Virus record (IMG/VR): IMGVR_UViG_3300024507_000366
Strand: one strand, 5' to 3'
Source of the DNA: an uncultured virus (IMG/VR IMGVR_UViG_3300024507_000366)
Lineage: Duplodnaviria; Heunggongvirae; Uroviricota; Caudoviricetes
Length of the DNA stretch: 20,000 nt
This document shows positions 15,788 through 20,000 of the stretch, in pieces. The notes under the pieces were generated by a model, which was given only the letters and a program-made list of their open reading frames with translations, was not told the DNA's origin and ran no database searches. The position numbers were made by a program, and so were the translations under genes. Within the stretch, counting starts at the first letter, position 1, and each line of letters begins with the position of its first letter.

Positions 15788-15823
15788 CCAGGCCAGGCCC
15801 GGCTGTAAAAAAATTGTAAAAAA
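15788..15823 (+). repeat. 36-bp repeat R3
   Basis: CCAGGCCAGGCCCGG CTGTAAAAAAATTGTAAAAAA. Confidence 0.92.
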
Positions 15824-15960
15824 TCGCCCATCAGAAGAAAAGTCTCGCCAGCGCGCGCCGTTCGGGCATTCTTCCGCGCTTTTTCGCCCCCCTCCCCCCC
15901 CTCAAAAAAAAGCAAAAAAAGGTTTGCACGCGCGGTCCCGAGCGCCCAACCTCCTAGCGT

Positions 15961-16734
15961 ATGAACTCCATCAACCTCCGCATCTGCGGCTCAGACAATT
16001 CCGAGGTCAGCGTCGCTGAACTCGCCGCCATCAAGTCGCCCGAGAAGACGGCGACCTATCAGCCCATCCCGCACTCTGATCTCGTTTCGATCTTCCGCGA
16101 CAATATGCGCGCGGCGGATTTGACCATCAAGCAGGAACTGCACACGGTTTCCCGCTTCGGTCAGCGTTACTTCGGCCTTTTCGAGATTGACCTCGGCAAG
16201 GCTGGCACCGCTGGCACCGTCGTCGGCTTGCGTAACTCGCACGACAAGAGCTTCCCCGCTGGCATCTGCGCGGGCAACGCTCCTTTCGTTTGCAGCAATC
16301 TCGTTTTCCACAACGAGGTTGTGTTCACCCGTCGCCATACGTCGAACGTGCTGCGCGACTTGCCCCAGATTGTCGGGCGTGCGATTGGTGCCTTGTCCGA
16401 TATGTGGACGAAGCACGAAACCCGCGTCTCGACCTATCAGGGGCGCGAGCTTTCCGATGAGGAGGCTGGCAATCTGATCCTGCGTAGCTATCGGGCCGGT
16501 GCAATCGGCAAGACGATGATCGCGGATGTTCTCGATCAATGGGAGAAGCCCGCGCACGAAGAGTTTGCCCCGCGCAACCTCTGGTCCCTGCACAACGCCT
16601 TCACCGAGGTGTACAAGGGGAACTTGCTTGCGCTCCCCAAGCGCAGCCAAGCCCTGCACTCCATCTTCGATCCGTTCGCGGGTCTGAACCTCACGGTTGA
16701 CATCAAGCCCGAGGTGGAGGTGGCGACGGTCTAA
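15961..16734 (+). CDS. DUF932 family protein
   Basis: TYQPIPH, RYFGL, GLRNSHDKS, FVCSNL, RRHT and NLWSLHNAFTE motifs. Confidence 0.85.
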   Translation: MNSINLRICGSDNSEVSVAELAAIKSPEKTATYQPIPHSDLVSIFRDNMRAADLTIKQELHTVSRFGQRYFGLFEIDLGKAGTAGTVVGLRNSHDKSFPAGICAGNAPFVCSNLVFHNEVVFTRRHTSNVLRDLPQIVGRAIGALSDMWTKHETRVSTYQGRELSDEEAGNLILRSYRAGAIGKTMIADVLDQWEKPAHEEFAPRNLWSLHNAFTEVYKGNLLALPKRSQALHSIFDPFAGLNLTVDIKPEVEVATV

Positions 16735-16740
16735 GCTATC

Positions 16741-16767
16741 GGGGGCGGTGACAGCGCCCCCTTTTTT
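16741..16767 (+). terminator. rho-independent terminator
   Basis: GGGGGCG-GTGACAG-CGCCCCC followed by a T-run, right after the stop. Confidence 0.8.
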
Positions 16768-16834
16768 CCCCTTTGCTATATCAAATTTTGCTTATTGTTC
16801 TGCTATTGTTTATTTTGCTTAGAAAAAAATTGCG

Positions 16835-17128
16835 ATGAATATCCAATCTATCGACTTTCTGAACGAACGCCTGAAGGGTTCGGAACTTTATGTAAACAAG
16901 ACGCCCGAGGAGGCTCAAGCTATGTTTGATCAGGAGGTGCAAGTTGTCACTCCGCGCATCAACGGCTGGCTGACGCGCAGCGAAAGGTGGAAAGTCGCCT
17001 TCTATGCTCAGAAGCTGCCGCGCCTTACTGAACGCAAGAATTGTTCCGTTCACCTTTACAACATCGCGGTGAAACTCAACATCTCACTCGCTACAGTAAA
17101 CAACTATAGATACTATAGCGGCTGGTGA
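16835..17128 (+). CDS. protein with C-terminal HTH
   Basis: LYNIAVKLNISLATVNNYR. Confidence 0.65.
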   Translation: MNIQSIDFLNERLKGSELYVNKTPEEAQAMFDQEVQVVTPRINGWLTRSERWKVAFYAQKLPRLTERKNCSVHLYNIAVKLNISLATVNNYRYYSGW

Positions 17129-17169
17129 TATAGCAAGTCCCGCCCACTAGGGGGAAACCCCTAGGGGGG

Positions 17170-17205
17170 CCGGGCCAGGCCCGGTTGTAAAAAATTTGTA
17201 AAAAA
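17170..17205 (+). repeat. 36-bp repeat R4
   Basis: CCGGGCCAGGCCCGG TTGTAAAAAATTTGTAAAAAA, preceded by hairpin CTAGGGG-GAAA-CCCCTAG. Confidence 0.95.
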
Positions 17206-17333
17206 TCCCCCTCCCTCAGAAAAGCCTTGACGCCCCCGCCGCCCGCCGCGCCGCCGCCGTGTCAAGCAAAGAAATTGGGGCCATTGCATTTTTTTTGTTT
17301 ATTTATCTCCGCGCGCGCCTATTCTTTCCCCGT

Positions 17334-18029
17334 ATGAAACTTAACTTGCTCTCCTGCAATTCCGATGCGAAAACCTCCAAGGGCGAGGCTTTCGGGTGGC
17401 TGACGGCAATCCTTTACCTTGCGCCCGCGCGCCTTGCGGGCCGTGGCGAGGTTTGCAAGTGGCGCTCAAAAAACTGCACGCTTGCGTGCCTTTACACCGC
17501 CGGACGCGGTCAAATGAATTCCGTGCAAGCTGCGCGCGTGCGCCGGACGCAACTGTTTTTCGATGATTTCGCCACCTTCAAGGCTCTTTTGCTTGCCGAT
17601 ATCGCCGCTTTCGTCAAGTACGCAATCGCGAACGGATTGAAGCCTTGCGTGCGTTTGAACGGAACGAGTGACATTTCGTGGGAGCGCCTCGGCATTTTCG
17701 ACAAGTTCCCTTCCGTGCAATTCTACGATTACACAAAGTCACCTATCCGCGCGCTTCAATTTGCCAAGGGCGCGATGCCTTCAAATTATCACTTGACTTT
17801 CTCGCGCAGCGAGGAAAACGAGAGTCAGGCGCTCGATGTCCTTTGCAACGGCGGTAACGTGGCGGCGGTCTTCCTTTCTTCAGTCTTCCCGAAAACTTGG
17901 AACGGTTTCCAAGTGGTGGACGGTGACCGGCACGACTTGCGCTTTCTTGACGGCGCGAACAAACTGGTTGCCCTAAAGGCAAAGGGCAAAGCAAAGCAAG
18001 ACGTTTCCGGCTTTGTCATCCGTGCGTGA
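17334..18029 (+). CDS. phage Gp88-like protein (Cys-rich, radical-SAM-like fold suspected)
   Basis: ILYLAP, VC…SKNCTLACLYTAGRG, VRLNGTSDI, FYDYTK, NYHLTFS, DGDRHDLRFLD, LKAKG. Confidence 0.75.
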   Translation: MKLNLLSCNSDAKTSKGEAFGWLTAILYLAPARLAGRGEVCKWRSKNCTLACLYTAGRGQMNSVQAARVRRTQLFFDDFATFKALLLADIAAFVKYAIANGLKPCVRLNGTSDISWERLGIFDKFPSVQFYDYTKSPIRALQFAKGAMPSNYHLTFSRSEENESQALDVLCNGGNVAAVFLSSVFPKTWNGFQVVDGDRHDLRFLDGANKLVALKAKGKAKQDVSGFVIRA

Positions 18030-18150
18030 CGCAAACTTTTTCTTTTCTGTTCTACTGTTTCTCCTAGTAGTAGCTTTTCTACTGACAAAGCGAAGTTTGA
18101 AGAAATAGCGCCGCCGAGAGCCCCCGCCCCTTGTCAAGGGGTGGGGACGA

Positions 18151-18185
18151 TTTTTACATAATTTTTACAACCGGGCCAGGCCCGG
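18151..18185 (-). repeat. 36-bp repeat R5 (inverted)
   Basis: Minus strand reads CCGGGCCTGGCCCGG TTGTAAAAATTATGTAAAAA. Confidence 0.95.
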
Positions 18186-18219
18186 CCAAAGTGGGGAATT
18201 TTCCCCACCCTGCCGCCCC

Positions 18220-18390
18220 TTAACTTACTTCAAAAGGCAATTCGGTTTGATAAGTCTCCCACTTAGCTTCCGCCTCGTCTTTATCGGTATTTTCAAGGTC
18301 AAGGTCAATGATCTCAACCTCTATGTCAACAGAGGAGCGGATGCCTTGAATGGCGCCGCCCTCAACCCAGATTGCAATTTTGTTTTTCAT
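18220..18390 (-). CDS. small acidic phage protein (MKNKIAIWVEGGAIQGI…EVEIIDLD)
   Basis: 56-aa ORF read manually; ATGA overlap with the hydrolase stop. Confidence 0.7.
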   Translation of the reverse strand: MKNKIAIWVEGGAIQGIRSSVDIEVEIIDLDLENTDKDEAEAKWETYQTELPFEVS

Positions 18391-18830
18391 CGGTAAAAAA
18401 CGTGATTTTTTATCTTAACAGTCTTTTTGAGCTTGCTTGCCCAACTGGGGGACACCGTTCCGTTGTGGTAATGCGTGGCGCCTTTCGTGTGGTTCGTGAG
18501 CTTGCCCCGCGCAATCTCCAGAGCAAGCGCCCAATTCTTGTGACGCTTTGCCTTTTCAATTCCCGTGCCGACAGCAAGACCGTTCCAACAAGAGAATTGC
18601 TTGGGGGCGAGGCAAACGATCATCTCGCCCTTGCCCTTGGCACGATTGGCGATCACTTCGCGGACCGCCTCCATACCTTCGCGCCCCTCGCCGCCCGCCT
18701 CCATAATGAGGGTAGCGGCGACCACTTCAGTCTGGGAGACTGTAACCGTGACGCTCTGCACTTGCGGCAACGAAGCCGCCCCAGAAAAGGTCGCTGTCAG
18801 AAGCAGGAGGGAAACCATTTTGTTTTGCAT
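18387..18830 (-). CDS. cell wall hydrolase (SleB/Hydrolase_2 family) with signal peptide
   Basis: TLIMEAGGEGREGMEAVREVIANR, PKQFSCWN, TKGATHYH, PSWA, IKNHVFYR. Confidence 0.9.
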   Translation of the reverse strand: MQNKMVSLLLLTATFSGAASLPQVQSVTVTVSQTEVVAATLIMEAGGEGREGMEAVREVIANRAKGKGEMIVCLAPKQFSCWNGLAVGTGIEKAKRHKNWALALEIARGKLTNHTKGATHYHNGTVSPSWASKLKKTVKIKNHVFYR

Positions 18831-18899
18831 ATTCCTGAACTTTATCAGTGTTCCAATTGAACGCAAGGATTAATTTCGCAATTTTGAAGACATTCATAC

Positions 18900-19199
18900 T
18901 TAGACGGTGATGCCCTTATGGGTGAAGTTACTGATCTTTTCGAGGTTGAAACTCTTGTAAGCGTGGCCCGTGGGCGTGTCCTCGTTGTTCGTCTTGACGG
19001 TCAAGAACTCGTTGCCAGCCTTGGAAACCACAATCGCTTTGCTTTCGTGCTCACCCCAAACGCGGTGGCCGAAAGGCTTGTAGCCGATCACGCCGTTGCG
19101 GCGCTTAGTCGCGCCGTCCTTGTCAGGGTAGTCAAACGACACGATAGCGGCGCCGTTGGCAACGATCTTCTCGATGATGGAACGTAGGTTGTTATTCAT
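18900..19199 (-). CDS. SH3/WYL-like beta-barrel phage protein
   Basis: VSFDYPDKDGATKRR…YKSFNLEKI pattern. Confidence 0.6.
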   Translation of the reverse strand: MNNNLRSIIEKIVANGAAIVSFDYPDKDGATKRRNGVIGYKPFGHRVWGEHESKAIVVSKAGNEFLTVKTNNEDTPTGHAYKSFNLEKISNFTHKGITV

Positions 19200-19232
19200 A
19201 CGGGAAACAAGATACCACAGGCCAAGCGCCGA

Positions 19233-19769
19233 TCAAGCGTTTTCCTCATCTTCTTGCGGCTCCCACCCAAAGTGTTCGCGCACAAATTCTTGCCAATCTT
19301 TTTTGTTCGATTCTTCCAAGGTCAAGCTCACGGTCTCGATAGTTTCGCCCTCATTGAAGATTTCATAGCCCGCAAAACCGTTGCCTTCCTCGGCGTAGAT
19401 GATTTGGAAGTTCGCGGGAAACATCGCAGAAAGCTTTTTGATTGCAATGGTGGGCGGGCTCCAAGCCGAATCAAAAGAAAAAAACATCATATTTTCATTG
19501 CTCGACACCTCGTCAAACTCGGCTTCGATGTCCCATTTGGTGCCCCAATTATGCACGTTCCAGTCGTACCAGTTGTCGTAACCGTACTTCACGACAAAGG
19601 CGATGCTTTCCTCTTCTGTTCCCTTGAACGGAGCTTGACGCTCGATCAATTCGTTGGGCGTGGGGGCAATCTTGGCAAGGGTCAACTCGACATCTTCACC
19701 CAGCCACTCACGGAAGGCGGTCAAGTCTTTTCCCCAGACGAGCAATTTGTTTTGGCACCAGTTTGGCAT
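19233..19769 (-). CDS. YubB/DUF1281-like ferredoxin-fold protein
   Basis: MPNWCQNKL, NWYDWNVHNWGTKWD, FDSAWSPP, YAEEGNGFAG. Confidence 0.85.
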   Translation of the reverse strand: MPNWCQNKLLVWGKDLTAFREWLGEDVELTLAKIAPTPNELIERQAPFKGTEEESIAFVVKYGYDNWYDWNVHNWGTKWDIEAEFDEVSSNENMMFFSFDSAWSPPTIAIKKLSAMFPANFQIIYAEEGNGFAGYEIFNEGETIETVSLTLEESNKKDWQEFVREHFGWEPQEDEENA

Positions 19770-19889
19770 AGGTCGGCAAACTGACAGACTGTGGGCGCTG
19801 TGCAAGCTTTTTTTTGCTAAAAAATTAGCAAATCAGCAAATACGAAATAGACAAATAAAAGTTTGGGGGGGGCAGGGGGGGGAAGTCAA

Positions 19890-19905
19890 TACGTAGAACT
19901 ACGTA
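19890..19905. promoter_or_regulatory. palindromic operator-like site TACGTAG-AA-CTACGTA
   Basis: Perfect arms; abuts a minus-strand TTGAC. Confidence 0.65.
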
Positions 19906-19909
19906 GTGG

Positions 19910-19945
19910 CCGGGCCAGGCCCGGTTGTAAAAAAATGGTAAAAAA
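19910..19945 (+). repeat. 36-bp repeat R6
   Basis: CCGGGCCAGGCCCGG TTGTAAAAAAATGGTAAAAAA. Confidence 0.95.
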
Positions 19946-20000
19946 AAAGGGGGGCTTGCGCCCCCCCGCTCACACCCCGTCGTCCTCCCAAGGGTTGTAG

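Noticed and set aside
15991..16659. Long antisense ORFs (also 13320..13829, 15125..15643, 18372..18860, 19254..19784)
   Set aside because: They are shadows of recognisable genes on the opposite strand in GC-richer DNA and show no motifs of their own.
14497..19945. 36-bp repeats as a CRISPR array
   Set aside because: Intervals are 0.5-1.7 kb and contain whole genes, one copy is inverted, and no cas genes are present.

Overview
Segment of a large tailed-phage genome. A Verrucomicrobia/PVC-like host is only inferred, from a secreted I-set Ig-domain gene and the general lack of Shine-Dalgarno sites. 1-7100: dense small ORFs with four interspersed tRNAs (Arg-UCU, Ile-UAU, Lys-UUU, Leu-UAA), an unusual tRNA-like RNA with two T-arms, an HNH and an endonuclease VII gene, an Ig-domain protein, a papain-like protein and a metallophosphoesterase. 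7100-9900: coupled small genes built from shuffled N- and C-terminal halves joined at an ERExAxLR motif. 10-14.2 kb: beta-helix protein, thermonuclease, lipoprotein with C-terminal TM helix, AT-hook protein and RuvB-like ATPase. 14.5-20 kb is the most striking part. Six copies of a 36-bp element (palindrome CCGGGCCWGGCCCGG plus phased GTAAAAA repeats) divide the DNA into 0.5-1.7 kb modules of 1-4 genes that change orientation. Most modules carry their own near-leaderless promoters and hold accessory/early-type cargo (DUF932, Gp88-like, YubB/DUF1281-like, cell-wall hydrolase, L7/L12-CTD-like). Family assignments come from motif recognition only; no searches were run.
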